Of a stretch of 40,620 nt of DNA, positions 17,879 to 28,477 are shown in pieces. The stretch is from the IMG/VR virus record IMGVR_UViG_2563366828_000005; one strand, 5' to 3'. Each line of letters starts with the position of its first letter. Position 1 is the first letter of the stretch. The notes beneath the pieces were generated by a model that saw only the letters and a program-made list of their open reading frames with translations, ran no database searches and was not told where the DNA came from. Source of the stretch: a virus. Taxonomy: Duplodnaviria; Heunggongvirae; Uroviricota; Caudoviricetes. The translations under genes were made by a program, and so were the position numbers.

Positions 17879-18254
17879 GCTGGTTATTGTTGCCTTCGTT
17901 GTTAGCGTCATTGGTTCCTTCATCTGGTCTGCTGGACATTACTACAGCAAATATCAGCACGAAAAGGAGCGTGCTGATGAGGCTGTACGAAATGCTGAAT
18001 CAGCAACTGCCATTACCCGTAACGTTCTGCAATCACTGCAAATCATCAATACAGTTATAGAGGCTAACCAGCATGCAAAACAGCAGATCGCACTGGAGTC
18101 ACAGAGAACCCAGGAAGATATCAAAGTGGCTGTTGCGGATGATGATTGTGCTTCAAGTCATGTGCCTGCTGCCGCTGCTGACCGGTTGCGGAAGTACGCG
18201 AACAGTTTACGTGCCGGTTCCGGCGGTACCGCTGCCAACAAGCCTGACCACTGA
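17862..18254 (+). CDS. Spanin inner-membrane subunit (Rz-like)
   Basis: 130-aa ORF with N-terminal TM segment then coiled-coil-like region, overlapping the endolysin stop. Confidence 0.55.
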   Translation: MKLRYKLVIVAFVVSVIGSFIWSAGHYYSKYQHEKERADEAVRNAESATAITRNVLQSLQIINTVIEANQHAKQQIALESQRTQEDIKVAVADDDCASSHVPAAAADRLRKYANSLRAGSGGTAANKPDH

Positions 18255-18396
18255 AACGCCCCAGCCAGTCATTCCCGACCCGCTGACCTATGGGGCCAGT
18301 CTGGATCTGAATGTGAGCCTGCTTTCGGCGCTGGGCCAGTGCAACATCGACAAGGCCAGTATCAGGAAGATAGAAACGTCACGCAACTCACAGTAG
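18139..18396 (+). CDS. Spanin outer-membrane lipoprotein (Rz1-like), overlapped arrangement
   Basis: Alternate frame inside and beyond Rz: MMIVLQVMCLLPLLTGCGS lipobox followed by a Pro-rich mature region. Confidence 0.55.
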   Translation: MMIVLQVMCLLPLLTGCGSTRTVYVPVPAVPLPTSLTTETPQPVIPDPLTYGASLDLNVSLLSALGQCNIDKASIRKIETSRNSQ

Positions 18397-18434
18397 CCAT
18401 TACAAAGCTCATCTGCGGGTGGGCTTTGTAATGG
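18397..18434. terminator. Bidirectional hairpin between convergent Rz1 and the 101-aa gene
   Basis: 12-bp perfect inverted repeat CCATTACAAAGC / GCTTTGTAATGG with a 14-nt loop. Confidence 0.5.
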
Positions 18435-18435
18435 C

Positions 18436-18741
18436 TTATTCGTAGTTGTCACCAGGGAAGTATTCCTGAAACTTTGATTTTGGGAGCTGGGTTTTCGCGA
18501 AGTTCGCAAGCCTTCCTCTTGTAAGCATGTAGTCACACCCACCTTCTTGTTTGAGAAGGTCACCAGCTAATGTCCGATACACAACGTCACTTCGCAAAAT
18601 TTCAATGGTGGAATTCCTGATGAGAAATGTTTCACACATCGGGCATCTAATTAACCAAGCGGTATCACGGTTCTGCCAGGTCGCATCTGAATTGCAAGCC
18701 GGGCAGCATTTCTGATCTTCTTGTCCTATGACCATTGTCAT
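18436..18741 (-). CDS. Hypothetical 101-aa zinc-ribbon protein (moron in the bor-equivalent position)
   Basis: Opposite-strand ORF between lysis cassette and HNH; CCPAC and CPMC cysteine pairs. Confidence 0.45.
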   Translation of the reverse strand: MTMVIGQEDQKCCPACNSDATWQNRDTAWLIRCPMCETFLIRNSTIEILRSDVVYRTLAGDLLKQEGGCDYMLTRGRLANFAKTQLPKSKFQEYFPGDNYE

Positions 18742-18814
18742 GCTCTCGCATAGTGAAGGAATTTTCAGATTAACTCATTTTCAGACGCATCGTAATGGCT
18801 TAAGGAAACAATTA

Positions 18815-19165
18815 ATGCCACCACGTACACCAAAAGCCTGCCGCGTTCGCGGTTGCCGCCATACCACAACTGACCCGTCAGGCTATTGCGAAAGCCACAA
18901 AAGCGAAGGCTGGAAGCAATACAAACCAGGCCTGTCACGTCATCAGCGCGGTTACGGTTCGAAGTGGGATACCATCCGTGAACGTGTGCTGAAGCGTGAC
19001 AAAGGCCTGTGTCAGTTATGTCTGCGTTCTGGTGTGGTGCGTGAGGCGAAAACCGTTGACCACATCATCCCTAAAGCGCATGGCGGCACTGATGCTGACA
19101 GTAATCTGCAGAGTCTGTGCTGGCCGTGCCATAAGGCGAAGACGGCCCGTGAACGGTTAAAGTGA
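18815..19165 (+). CDS. HNH endonuclease (terminase-associated)
   Basis: 116 aa from MPPRTPKACRV with AAGGA upstream; CxxC...HIIPKAHGG...CWPCH HNH motif; directly upstream of the terminase genes. Confidence 0.8.
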   Translation: MPPRTPKACRVRGCRHTTTDPSGYCESHKSEGWKQYKPGLSRHQRGYGSKWDTIRERVLKRDKGLCQLCLRSGVVREAKTVDHIIPKAHGGTDADSNLQSLCWPCHKAKTARERLK

Positions 19166-19290
19166 TAATAATTCTCAACTGTCTGAGGGGAGGGGCGGGT
19201 CAAATCCCTGTGACCTGACGTCTTCCGGACTGCCCGCCCCATCGTTTTTTTATACCCGCGAAAAATGAAATTTAACCAGGAGTGCCGCAT

Positions 19291-19785
19291 ATGGCTGGAA
19301 CGGCGGGGCGTTCCGGGCGTCGCCCCAAGCCAACGGCGCGCAAGGCGCTGGCCGGAAACCCCGGCAAGCGAGCCCTGAATAAAGATGAACCTGTTTTTAC
19401 GCCCATCAAAGGTGTTGAGCCACCGGAGTGGTTCGCTGAAGAAGATCTCCCTCTCGCTACGATCATGTGGCAACTGACAACTAAAGAACTCTGCGGTCAG
19501 GGCCTGCTGTGCGTGACTGACCTCGCGGTGCTTGAGCGGTGGTGCGTGGCCTACGAGTTCTGGCGACGTGCCGTGAAAAATATTGCCAGACAGGGCAACA
19601 CCATCACCGGTGCAATGGGCGGTATGGTCAAAAATCCGGAGCTGACCGCCAAAAAAGAACAGGAGTCCGAGATGAGCAGTACGGGGGCAATGCTCGGACT
19701 CGACCCCAGCAGCCGCCAGCGTCTGATTGGCCTGGCGGGGCAGAAGAAAACCACTAACCCGTTTCTGAAAATCATCGAATCATGA
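19291..19785 (+). CDS. Terminase small subunit (P27 family-like)
   Basis: 164 aa from [20 protein letters not shown] 8 nt upstream; precedes and overlaps the large subunit. Confidence 0.7.
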   Translation: MAGTAGRSGRRPKPTARKALAGNPGKRALNKDEPVFTPIKGVEPPEWFAEEDLPLATIMWQLTTKELCGQGLLCVTDLAVLERWCVAYEFWRRAVKNIARQGNTITGAMGGMVKNPELTAKKEQESEMSSTGAMLGLDPSSRQRLIGLAGQKKTTNPFLKIIES

Positions 19786-21515
19786 GCCGGAAATCTTACC
19801 CCAACGTAAATGCTGCCAATCAGTATGCCCGGGATGTCGTGCGCGGAAAGATTGTGGCCTGCCAGTTTGTGATTCAGGCCTGCCAGCGCCATCTTGATGA
19901 CCTGATGGAGGAAAAAAGTAAGTCGTTTCGTTACCGCTTCGACAAGGACCTGGCTGAACGGGCCGCGAAATTTATTCAGCTGTTGCCGCACACCAAGGGT
20001 GAGTGGGCATTCAAACGGATGCCCATCACGCTGGAGCCGTGGCAGCTATTTGTGATCTGCTGTGCGTTTGGCTGGGTCAATAAAGGCACCCGGTTGCGCC
20101 GCTTCCGGGAGGTGTATACCGAAATCCCCCGTAAGAACGGCAAATCAGCAATCTCTGCCGGTGTCGCCCTGTATTGTTTTGCCTGTGATAACGAGTTCGG
20201 CGCGGAAGTGTATTCCGGTGCCACGACAGAGAAACAGGCATGGGAAGTCTTTCGTCCGGCAAGACTGATGTGTAAACGCACACCCATGCTGACGGAAGCG
20301 TTCGGGATTGAGGTTAACGCCTCAAACATGAACCGTCCGGAGGATGGTGCGCGTTTTGAACCGCTGATCGGTAACCCCGGTGATGGTTCATCACCCCACT
20401 GTGCGGTGGTGGATGAATATCACGAGCACGCCACAGATGCGCTTTACACCACGATGCTTACCGGGATGGGGGCGCGACGTCAGCCACTGATGTGGGCTAT
20501 CACTACCGCCGGGTACAACATTGAGGGGCCGTGCTACGACAAACGGCGGGAAGTCATCGAGATGCTCAACGGCTCGGTGCCTAACGATGAACTGTTCGGG
20601 ATCATCTATACCGTTGATGAAGGTGACGACTGGACCGACCCGCAGGTGCTGGAAAAAGCCAATCCAAATATTGGCGTGTCGGTTTATCGCGAATTTTTGT
20701 TAAGTCAGCAGCAGCGTGCGAAAAATAACGCCCGTCTGGCAAACGTCTTTAAAACAAAACACCTCAATATCTGGGTGTCGGCGCGTTCGGCGTATTTCAA
20801 CCTGGTGAGCTGGCAGAGCTGCGAGGATAAATCACTGTCCCTTGAGCAGTTCGAGGGGCAGCCGTGCATTCTGGCCTTTGACCTGGCGCGTAAACTGGAT
20901 ATGAACAGCATGGCGCGACTTTATACCCGCGAGATTGACGGTAAAACGCATTACTACAGTGTAGCCCCGCGTTTCTGGGTACCGTATGACACGGTGTACA
21001 GCGTCGAGAAAAATGAAGATCGACGGACAGCCGAACGCTTTCAGAAATGGGTGGAAATGGGCGTTCTGACCGTTACCGATGGTGCGGAGGTGGATTATCG
21101 CTACATCCTCGAGGAGGCCAAAGCGGCGAACAAAATCAGCCCGGTCAGTGAGTCACCCATCGACCCCTTCGGGGCGACCGGGTTGTCACATGACCTTGCT
21201 GATGAAGACCTGAACCCCATCACTATCATTCAGAACTACACCAACATGTCCGACCCGATGAAAGAGCTGGAAGCGGCAATTGAATCGGGGCGCTTTCATC
21301 ATGACGGCAATCCCATCATGACCTGGTGTATCGGCAACGTGGTCGGCAAAACCATTCCGGGTAACGATGATGTGGTGAAACCCGTCAAAGAGCAGGCGGA
21401 AAACAAAATCGATGGTGCAGTTGCGCTGATTATGGCGGTTGGCAGAGCCATGCTGTACGAGAAAGAAGACACGCTGTCTGACCACATTGAGTCCTACGGG
21501 ATCCGCTCGCTTTAA
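19782..21515 (+). CDS. Terminase large subunit (HK97 type)
   Basis: 577-aa ORF with ATPase and nuclease regions in the expected position. Confidence 0.85.
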   Translation: MSRKSYPNVNAANQYARDVVRGKIVACQFVIQACQRHLDDLMEEKSKSFRYRFDKDLAERAAKFIQLLPHTKGEWAFKRMPITLEPWQLFVICCAFGWVNKGTRLRRFREVYTEIPRKNGKSAISAGVALYCFACDNEFGAEVYSGATTEKQAWEVFRPARLMCKRTPMLTEAFGIEVNASNMNRPEDGARFEPLIGNPGDGSSPHCAVVDEYHEHATDALYTTMLTGMGARRQPLMWAITTAGYNIEGPCYDKRREVIEMLNGSVPNDELFGIIYTVDEGDDWTDPQVLEKANPNIGVSVYREFLLSQQQRAKNNARLANVFKTKHLNIWVSARSAYFNLVSWQSCEDKSLSLEQFEGQPCILAFDLARKLDMNSMARLYTREIDGKTHYYSVAPRFWVPYDTVYSVEKNEDRRTAERFQKWVEMGVLTVTDGAEVDYRYILEEAKAANKISPVSESPIDPFGATGLSHDLADEDLNPITIIQNYTNMSDPMKELEAAIESGRFHHDGNPIMTWCIGNVVGKTIPGNDDVVKPVKEQAENKIDGAVALIMAVGRAMLYEKEDTLSDHIESYGIRSL

Positions 21516-21526
21516 CTGAGGTAATT

Positions 21527-21709
21527 ATGATCATGCTGATTCTCGCGCCTCTGGTGGGCGTGCTGGGTGCGCTTTTGCTGGCATATGGTGCCTGGCTGAT
21601 TTATCCCCCGGCGGGTTTTGTTGTTGCCGGGGCGCTGTGCCTGTTCTGGTCGTGGCTGGTGGCGCGATATCTCGATCGTACACAGCTGTCTGTCGGCGGA
21701 GGTAAATAG
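21527..21709 (+). CDS. Small membrane protein (60 aa, two hydrophobic helices)
   Basis: ORF between terminase and portal; almost entirely hydrophobic. Confidence 0.35.
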   Translation: MIMLILAPLVGVLGALLLAYGAWLIYPPAGFVVAGALCLFWSWLVARYLDRTQLSVGGGK

Positions 21710-22950
21710 TGTTCTTTTCGGGATTATTTCAACGAAAAAGTGACGCACCGGTGACCACGCCAGCAGAGCTGGCGGATGCCATCGGGTTGTCCTACGACAC
21801 CTATACCGGAAAGCAGATCAGCAGCCAGCGGGCCATGCGACTGACGGCGGTTTTTTCCTGTGTCAGGGTGCTGGCGGAGTCGGTCGGGATGTTGCCCTGC
21901 AACCTGTATCACCTGAACGGCAGCCTGAAGCAGAGAGCCACCGACGAACGTCTGCATAAGCTGATCTCCACGCATCCCAATGGCTATATGACGCCGCAGG
22001 AGTTCTGGGAGCTGGTGGTCACCTGTCTGTGCCTGCGGGGAAACTTTTACGCCTACAAAGTGAAAGCATTTGGCGAAGTGGCTGAACTGCTGCCCGTCGA
22101 TCCCGGCTGTGTGGTACCGAAGCTTAACAGTAGCTGGGAGCCGGTCTATCAGGTCACATTCCCGGATGGCTCCACGGATGTACTGAGCCAGGAGGATATC
22201 TGGCATGTGCGCACGCTGACGCTGGACGGTCTGGTGGGACTGAATCCCGTCGCCTATGCCCGTGAGGCAATATCGCTGGCAGCTGCGACCGAAGAGCACG
22301 GGGCCGGACTGTTCAGCAATGGCGCGGTGACGTCGGGTGTGTTGCGTACAGAACAGACGCTGTCGGATCAGGCTTATGAGCGCCTGAAGAAAGATTTTGA
22401 GGAGCGTCACACCGGGCTTGGTAATGCTCACCGCCCGATGATCCTTGAGATGGGGCTGGACTGGAAGTCGATGGCGCTGAACGCCGAGGACAGCCAGTTC
22501 CTGGAAACCCGCAAGTTTCAGCTTGAAGAAATCTGTCGTCTGTTCCGGGTGCCGTTGCACATGGTGCAGAACACCGATCGCGCCACCTTCAACAATATCG
22601 AAGAGCTGGGGCTGGGATTTATCAACTATTCACTGGTGCCGTATCTGACCCGCATCGAACAGCGGATCAACACCGGACTGGTACGAAAAAGTAAGCAGGG
22701 CGTTTATTACGCCAAATTTAACGCCGGGGCGTTACTGCGCGGGGATATGAAGTCCCGTTTTGAAGCCTACGCCACCGGGATCAACTGGGGAATTTACTCT
22801 CCCAATGACTGCCGCGATCTGGAAGATATGAATCCGCGTCCCGGTGGTGATGTCTATCTCACACCGATGAACATGACCACGAAACCCTCCGATGGCAGTA
22901 AAGCCGGTAAGCAGAAGGATAACGCCAATGCAGACGAAACAACGTCTTGA
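21709..22950 (+). CDS. Portal protein (HK97 family)
   Basis: 413-aa ORF between terminase and protease, length and order typical. Confidence 0.8.
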   Translation: MFFSGLFQRKSDAPVTTPAELADAIGLSYDTYTGKQISSQRAMRLTAVFSCVRVLAESVGMLPCNLYHLNGSLKQRATDERLHKLISTHPNGYMTPQEFWELVVTCLCLRGNFYAYKVKAFGEVAELLPVDPGCVVPKLNSSWEPVYQVTFPDGSTDVLSQEDIWHVRTLTLDGLVGLNPVAYAREAISLAAATEEHGAGLFSNGAVTSGVLRTEQTLSDQAYERLKKDFEERHTGLGNAHRPMILEMGLDWKSMALNAEDSQFLETRKFQLEEICRLFRVPLHMVQNTDRATFNNIEELGLGFINYSLVPYLTRIEQRINTGLVRKSKQGVYYAKFNAGALLRGDMKSRFEAYATGINWGIYSPNDCRDLEDMNPRPGGDVYLTPMNMTTKPSDGSKAGKQKDNANADETTS

Positions 22951-23578
22951 TGTACCGCTGAGTCTGAAGTCTATCAGTGACTCCGGTGAGTTTGAAGGGT
23001 ATGGCTCCGTCTTTGGTGTAAAGGACAGCCACGATGATGTGGTGATGTCCGGGGCATTTGCCGCCTCCCTGCGGGCGTGGAGTGACAGAAAAGCGTTACC
23101 TGCGCTGCTCTGGCAGCACCGCATGGATGAGCCCATCGGTGTTTACACCGAAATGAAGGAAGACGATGTCGGGCTTTACGTCAGGGGGCGGTTGCTCATT
23201 GATGATGATCCCCTGGCAAAACGCGCACATGCACACATGAAGGCCGGTTCGTTAACCGGCCTTTCTATTGGGTACGTCCTGAAAGACTGGGAATACGACC
23301 GGACGAAAGAAGCCTTTCTGCTAAAAGAAATCGACCTCTGGGAAGTCAGTCTGGTGACGTTCCCGTCTAACGACGAGGCACGGATCAGCGACGTCAAGAA
23401 CGCGCTGGCCCGCGGGGAAATCCCCGAACAGAAAAAAATCGAAAGAGTCCTGCGTGATGTCGGACTCTCCCGTACCCAGGCCAAAGCATTCATGGCCGGG
23501 GGCTATAGCGCACTGTCCCTGCGCGACGCTGAGGATGTGAGCTCTGCACTGAATGCACTGAAAAATCTGAACTTCTAA
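22928..23578 (+). CDS. Prohead maturation protease (HK97 family)
   Basis: 216 aa from MQTKQRLDVPLS; position between portal and capsid. Confidence 0.75.
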   Translation: MQTKQRLDVPLSLKSISDSGEFEGYGSVFGVKDSHDDVVMSGAFAASLRAWSDRKALPALLWQHRMDEPIGVYTEMKEDDVGLYVRGRLLIDDDPLAKRAHAHMKAGSLTGLSIGYVLKDWEYDRTKEAFLLKEIDLWEVSLVTFPSNDEARISDVKNALARGEIPEQKKIERVLRDVGLSRTQAKAFMAGGYSALSLRDAEDVSSALNALKNLNF

Positions 23579-23592
23579 TCAGGAGAAATACG

Positions 23593-24798
23593 ATGGCGGT
23601 AGATATTAAAGATGTCGAACAGGTCGCGCAGGAGCTGCAGCAGAAGTTTGACGACTTCAAAGCAAAGAACGACAAGCGCGTGGAGGCGATTGAGCAGGAA
23701 AAAGGCAAACTTGCCGGGCAGGTGGAAACCCTGAACGGAAAACTCAGCGAGCTGGAAAATCTCAAAAGCGACCTTGAAAAAGAGCTGCTTGAGCTGAAAC
23801 GTCCGGCAGGTGGTGCGCAAAATAAACTGGCCACCGAGCATAAAGAGGCGTTTGTGGGTTTTCTGCGTAAAGGCCGTGAAGACGGTCTGCGCGATCTGGA
23901 GCGTAAGGCATTGCAGGTGGGCACCGATGAAGACGGTGGCTACGCCGTGCCGGAAGAACTGGATCGCAACATTCTCAACCTGCTGAAAGATGAAGTGGTG
24001 ATGCGTCAGGAAGCCACGGTGATCACCGTTGGCGGTTCCGACTACAAAAAACTGGTGAATCTGGGCGGTACGGCTTCCGGATGGGTGGGGGAAACGGATA
24101 CGCGATCCCAGACTGCCACCTCCAGACTGGAGCTGATTGAACCTCTCATGGGGGAAATCTACGGTAACCCGCAGGCCACCCAGAAAATGCTGGACGATGC
24201 CTTTTTCAACGTGGAGGCCTGGATCAACAGCGAGCTGGCAACCGAATTTGCCGAACAGGAAGAAATTGCCTTTACCTCCGGCGATGGCACCAAGAAGCCA
24301 AAAGGGTTCCTGGCGTATGAATCCACCGATGAAACCGATAAGGTCCGGGCGTTCGGCAAACTTCAGCATATTGTATCCGGCGAAGCGACGGCGGTGACCG
24401 CAGACGCCATTATCAAACTGATTTACACGCTGCGTAAGGCACACCGCACTGGCGCGAAATTCATGATGAACAACAACAGCCTGTTTGCCATCCGTCTGCT
24501 GAAAGACAGCGAGGGTAACTATCTGTGGCGTCCGGGGCTGGAACTGGGGCAGCCGTCCTCTCTGGCGGGTTACGGTATCGCTGAAAACGAACAGATGCCG
24601 GATATCGCCGCTGATGCGAAAGCCATTGCATTTGGTAACTTCAAACGGGGTTACACCATCGTTGACCGTATCGGCACCCGCATTCTGCGTGACCCGTACA
24701 CCAATAAACCGTTTGTCGGTTTTTATACCACCAAGCGCACCGGCGGGATGCTGGTCGATTCGCAGGCCATCAAACTGCTGAAGATTGCAGCGGCGTAA
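23593..24798 (+). CDS. Major capsid protein (HK97 fold) with N-terminal coiled-coil delta domain
   Basis: 401-aa ORF; coiled-coil-like N-terminus then capsid-like body; position after protease. Confidence 0.85.
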   Translation: MAVDIKDVEQVAQELQQKFDDFKAKNDKRVEAIEQEKGKLAGQVETLNGKLSELENLKSDLEKELLELKRPAGGAQNKLATEHKEAFVGFLRKGREDGLRDLERKALQVGTDEDGGYAVPEELDRNILNLLKDEVVMRQEATVITVGGSDYKKLVNLGGTASGWVGETDTRSQTATSRLELIEPLMGEIYGNPQATQKMLDDAFFNVEAWINSELATEFAEQEEIAFTSGDGTKKPKGFLAYESTDETDKVRAFGKLQHIVSGEATAVTADAIIKLIYTLRKAHRTGAKFMMNNNSLFAIRLLKDSEGNYLWRPGLELGQPSSLAGYGIAENEQMPDIAADAKAIAFGNFKRGYTIVDRIGTRILRDPYTNKPFVGFYTTKRTGGMLVDSQAIKLLKIAAA

Positions 24799-24846
24799 TC
24801 ACTCAGGGGCGCGGAACCGCGCCCCTGTTCTGACGGGTGAAGAATC

Positions 24847-25047
24847 ATGATCCTGAAACAAGATCTGAAATGGTCACCGGACGGTATGCGTGTTGAGGTC
24901 ATTCGGGCCGGTGAGTATGACGACGGGGCGCTTCCTGCCCGGGTGCAGGAGATTGCACTTCAGGCTGGGTTAGCAGAGCGCGGAATCAGTACAAAAAGCA
25001 GTAAAGCGGCAAAAGAGAAAAAAGCCACGACCAGTAAAGAGGGCTGA
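24847..25047 (+). CDS. Hypothetical small protein (66 aa)
   Basis: ORF between capsid and head-tail connector; Lys-rich C-terminus. Confidence 0.35.
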   Translation: MILKQDLKWSPDGMRVEVIRAGEYDDGALPARVQEIALQAGLAERGISTKSSKAAKEKKATTSKEG

Positions 25048-25049
25048 GT

Positions 25050-25373
25050 ATGCTTCTGACAATGGAAGAGATTAAAGCCCAACTCCGGCTGGATGAGGAT
25101 TTCGATGCTGATGACCGCCATCTGCAACTGCTGGCCTGTGCGGCGCAAAAGCGGACGGAAACGTATCTGAACCGGAAGCTCTATGCACCGGATGAAACCA
25201 TTCCGGACAGCGATCCGGACGGGCTGCACCTGCCGGATGATATTCGTCTGGGGATGCTGATGCTTATCAGCCATTTTTACGAAAACCGCTCGTCGGTTAC
25301 GGAAGTGGAGAAACTCGACATGCCGCAGAGTTTTGGCTGGCTTGTCGGCCCGTACAGGTACTTTCCGCAATGA
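25050..25373 (+). CDS. Head-tail connector protein (gp6-like)
   Basis: 107-aa ORF in the conserved position after the capsid gene. Confidence 0.6.
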   Translation: MLLTMEEIKAQLRLDEDFDADDRHLQLLACAAQKRTETYLNRKLYAPDETIPDSDPDGLHLPDDIRLGMLMLISHFYENRSSVTEVEKLDMPQSFGWLVGPYRYFPQ

Positions 25374-25780
25374 AAATTCGTCAGGCGCAGACCAGCGCAA
25401 CCTACATTCTGCCGGACCCCGGTGAACTGAATAAACGCGTCCTGATCCGCCAGCGGGTGGATATGCCCGCGGATAACTTTGGCGTGGAGCATCAATACCC
25501 GGTTACGTTCCGGACATGGGCGAAGGTTATCCAGACCAGTGCCACCACCTGGCAGGAAACCGCGCAGACTGGAGACGCCATCACCCATTACATCACCATT
25601 CGCTACCGCCGGGGGATCACCGCTGATTATGAGGTGGTCTGCGGTGACAGTGTGTACCGGGTGAAACGTCAGCGCGATCTGAACGGGGCGCGGCGCTTTC
25701 TGCTGCTGGAGTGTACGGAACTGGGCGAATTTACGCAGAGTCACGGAGGCAGCAATGGCGACTCCCTTTTTTCACGTTGA
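25370..25780 (+). CDS. Head closure / head-tail adaptor protein
   Basis: 136-aa ORF start-coupled to the preceding gene. Confidence 0.55.
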   Translation: MKIRQAQTSATYILPDPGELNKRVLIRQRVDMPADNFGVEHQYPVTFRTWAKVIQTSATTWQETAQTGDAITHYITIRYRRGITADYEVVCGDSVYRVKRQRDLNGARRFLLLECTELGEFTQSHGGSNGDSLFSR

Positions 25781-26261
25781 TGTTCAGCAGCCCGCGGAGA
25801 TGCGCTTTAACCGCGCCCGTGTCCGGCGGGCGTTTGTCACGATTGGGCAGCGTCATATGCGTGATGCCCGTCGGCTGGTGATGCGCCGTGCGCGGTCGGC
25901 ACCGGGTGAAAATCCCGGTTATCAGACCGGACGTCTGGCTCGTTCGATTGGTTACATGGTGCCGAGAGCCAGTAAAAAGCGAGCCGGTTTTATGACACGC
26001 ATTGCCCCTAACCAGCGCAACGGGAAGGGGAACCGGATGATCTCTGGTGACTTCTATCCGGCGTTTCTGTTTTTTGGTGTCCGGGGAGGAGCAAAACGTC
26101 GTCGTAGCCATCATCGTGGTGCATCCGGTGGCAGCGGCTGGCGGCTGGCTCCACGTAATAACTTTATGGTGGAAACTCTTGAAAAGAACCGCAGCTGGAC
26201 ACGCTATTTTCTGGCGCGGGAATTGCGTAAATCACTGAAGCCGGAGCGACGACACAGATGA
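25755..26261 (+). CDS. Tail-proximal virion protein (HK97 gp10-like)
   Basis: 168-aa basic ORF in the head-tail joining module. Confidence 0.45.
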   Translation: MATPFFHVDVQQPAEMRFNRARVRRAFVTIGQRHMRDARRLVMRRARSAPGENPGYQTGRLARSIGYMVPRASKKRAGFMTRIAPNQRNGKGNRMISGDFYPAFLFFGVRGGAKRRRSHHRGASGGSGWRLAPRNNFMVETLEKNRSWTRYFLARELRKSLKPERRHR

Positions 26262-26818
26262 AACTGACGCCTGTTATTGCTGCGCTGCGTGCCCGCTGCC
26301 CGTATTTTGAAAACCGGGTGGCAGGCGCGGCACAGTTCAAAAATCTGCCGGAGGTCGGAAAGCTGAGACTCCCGGCGGCGTATGTGGTACCGGGTGATGA
26401 CTCTCCGGGAGAAAACAAAAGCCAGACCGACTACTGGCAGGAGCTGAAAGAGGGCTTCTCCGTGGTTGTCATACTGAGTAACGGGCGTGATGAGCGCGGT
26501 CAGTTTGCCTCGTATGATGTGGTGGACGATGTCCGGCAGATGCTCTTTAAGGCTCTGCTGGGCTGGAACCCGGAAGCGTGCGGTAACCCGATTACCTATG
26601 ACGGCGGCACGCTGCTGGATCTGAATCGTCATGAGCTGATTTATCAGTTCGATTTTTCGGTCATCAGCGAGCTGACCGAAGACGATACCCGCCAGCAGGA
26701 TGACCTGAACAGTCTGGATGAACTGCGAACGCTGGCGATTGATGTTGATTATCTCGATCCCGGTAACGGGCCTGACGGCGATATCGAACATCACACCGAA
26801 ATAACCCTTCCTTCCTGA
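26258..26818 (+). CDS. Virion morphogenesis protein (Mu gp37/DUF1834-like)
   Basis: 186-aa ORF immediately upstream of the sheath module. Confidence 0.4.
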   Translation: MKLTPVIAALRARCPYFENRVAGAAQFKNLPEVGKLRLPAAYVVPGDDSPGENKSQTDYWQELKEGFSVVVILSNGRDERGQFASYDVVDDVRQMLFKALLGWNPEACGNPITYDGGTLLDLNRHELIYQFDFSVISELTEDDTRQQDDLNSLDELRTLAIDVDYLDPGNGPDGDIEHHTEITLPS

Positions 26819-26826
26819 GGATCCTC

Positions 26827-26997
26827 ATGTTTGTGAAACCTGTTAAAGGGCGGTCAGTGCCTGACCCTGCCCGCGGCGACCTTTTGCCCGCCGAAGGGCG
26901 AAATGTTGACGAGAACAACTACTGGCTGCGCCGTGAAGCAGCGGGTGATATCCGGCGCGTGAATAAAAAGGTGAATACCGATGACGATAAGCTTTAA
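26827..26997 (+). CDS. Small hypothetical protein (56 aa) preceding the sheath gene
   Basis: ATG-initiated ORF absent from the track (below 60 aa); fills the gap and overlaps the sheath start. Confidence 0.35.
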   Translation: MFVKPVKGRSVPDPARGDLLPAEGRNVDENNYWLRREAAGDIRRVNKKVNTDDDKL

Positions 26998-28477
26998 CAC
27001 CATTCCGTCGAATACGCTGGTTCCGCTGTTTTATGCGGAAATGGATAACCAGGCTGCGAATACTGCACAGGACAGCGGAGCATCGCTGCTGATTGGTCAT
27101 GCCAATAACGGTGCAGAGATTGTTGCCAACAGTCTGGTGCTGATGCCGTCGGCAGACTATGCATGCCAGATTTGTGGTGCGGGAAGTCAGCTGGCGCGTA
27201 TGGTCGAGGCTTATCGCCAGACCGACCCGTTTGGTGAGCTGTATGTGATTGCCGTTCCTGAATCCACGGGCGCGGCGGCAACGGTTACGCTGACGGTGAC
27301 TGGAGCAGCAACCGAAAGCGGCACGGTGAATGTTTATGTGGGACGTACCCGCGTGCAGGCACCGGTGACCAACGGCGATAACGTCACGACGATTGCCAGC
27401 AGTATCCAGGATGCCATCAATGCCGTTCCGACCCTGCCGTTTACGGCCTCATCTTCGGCAGGCGTGGTCACGCTGACCGCGCGTCATAAGGGGCTTTGCG
27501 GGAATGAAATTCCTGTCAGCCTCAATTACTACGGCTTTGGTGGTGGCGAAGTGCTGCCAGCGGGTGTACAGATTGCTGTGGCGACGGGTACCGCCGGAAC
27601 GGGCGCTCCGGTTCTCACCGGCGCGGTGGCTGCAATGGCGGATGAGCCGTTTGATTATATCGGCCTGCCGTTCAACGACACGGCCTCCGTTAACACGCTG
27701 GTGACCGAGATGAACGATACCAGCGGTCGCTGGAGCTATGCGCGTCAGCTGTATGGTCATGTGTATACGGCAAAGATCGGCACGCTGTCAGAACTGGTGA
27801 CCGCAGGTGACCAGTTTAACCAGCAGCACATTACCCTGGCGGGATACGAAAAAGACACCCAGACGCCTGCCGACGAGCTGGCGGCAAGCCGTACCGCCCG
27901 CGCAGCGGTGTTTATTCGCAACGATCCGGCACGTCCCACGCAGACCGGTGAGCTGGTGGGTATGCTGCCTGCGCCGAAGGGGAAACGGTTCACGATGACA
28001 GAACAACAGACCCTGCTGTCTCATGGCGTGGCAACGGCGTATGTCGAAAGCGGGGTGCTGCGCATTCAGCGTGATGTCACCACGTACAGGGAAAATGCTT
28101 ACGGGGTTGCGGATAACAGCTACCTCGACAGCGAGACGCTGCATACCAGTGCGTATGTACTGCGCAAACTGAAATCCGTCATTACCAGTAAGTACGGGCG
28201 TCACAAGCTTGCCAGCGACGGTACCCGCTTTGGTCCCGGTCAGGCGATTGTCACCCCGGCGGTGATCAAAGGGGAACTGCTGGCAACCTACCGTCAGCTC
28301 GAGCGTGCGGGCATCGTGGAAAACTACGAACTGTTTAAGCAGTACCTGGTTGTGGAGCGTGATGCCAGCGATCCAAATCGCCTGAACACGCTGTTCCCGC
28401 CTGACTATGTTAACCAGCTGCGTGTCTTTGCCGTGGTTAACCAGTTCCGTCTTCAGTATTCAGAGGAGTCCGCATAA
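26981..28477 (+). CDS. Contractile tail sheath protein (Mu gpL-like)
   Basis: 498-aa ORF followed by a 118-aa tube gene. Confidence 0.8.
   Translation: MTISFNTIPSNTLVPLFYAEMDNQAANTAQDSGASLLIGHANNGAEIVANSLVLMPSADYACQICGAGSQLARMVEAYRQTDPFGELYVIAVPESTGAAATVTLTVTGAATESGTVNVYVGRTRVQAPVTNGDNVTTIASSIQDAINAVPTLPFTASSSAGVVTLTARHKGLCGNEIPVSLNYYGFGGGEVLPAGVQIAVATGTAGTGAPVLTGAVAAMADEPFDYIGLPFNDTASVNTLVTEMNDTSGRWSYARQLYGHVYTAKIGTLSELVTAGDQFNQQHITLAGYEKDTQTPADELAASRTARAAVFIRNDPARPTQTGELVGMLPAPKGKRFTMTEQQTLLSHGVATAYVESGVLRIQRDVTTYRENAYGVADNSYLDSETLHTSAYVLRKLKSVITSKYGRHKLASDGTRFGPGQAIVTPAVIKGELLATYRQLERAGIVENYELFKQYLVVERDASDPNRLNTLFPPDYVNQLRVFAVVNQFRLQYSEESA

Noticed and set aside
21724-24444. Long antisense ORFs within portal, protease and capsid genes (e.g. 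21724-22560, 23575-24444)
   Set aside because: They lie entirely opposite well-supported structural genes; typical shadow ORFs of GC-rich coding DNA.
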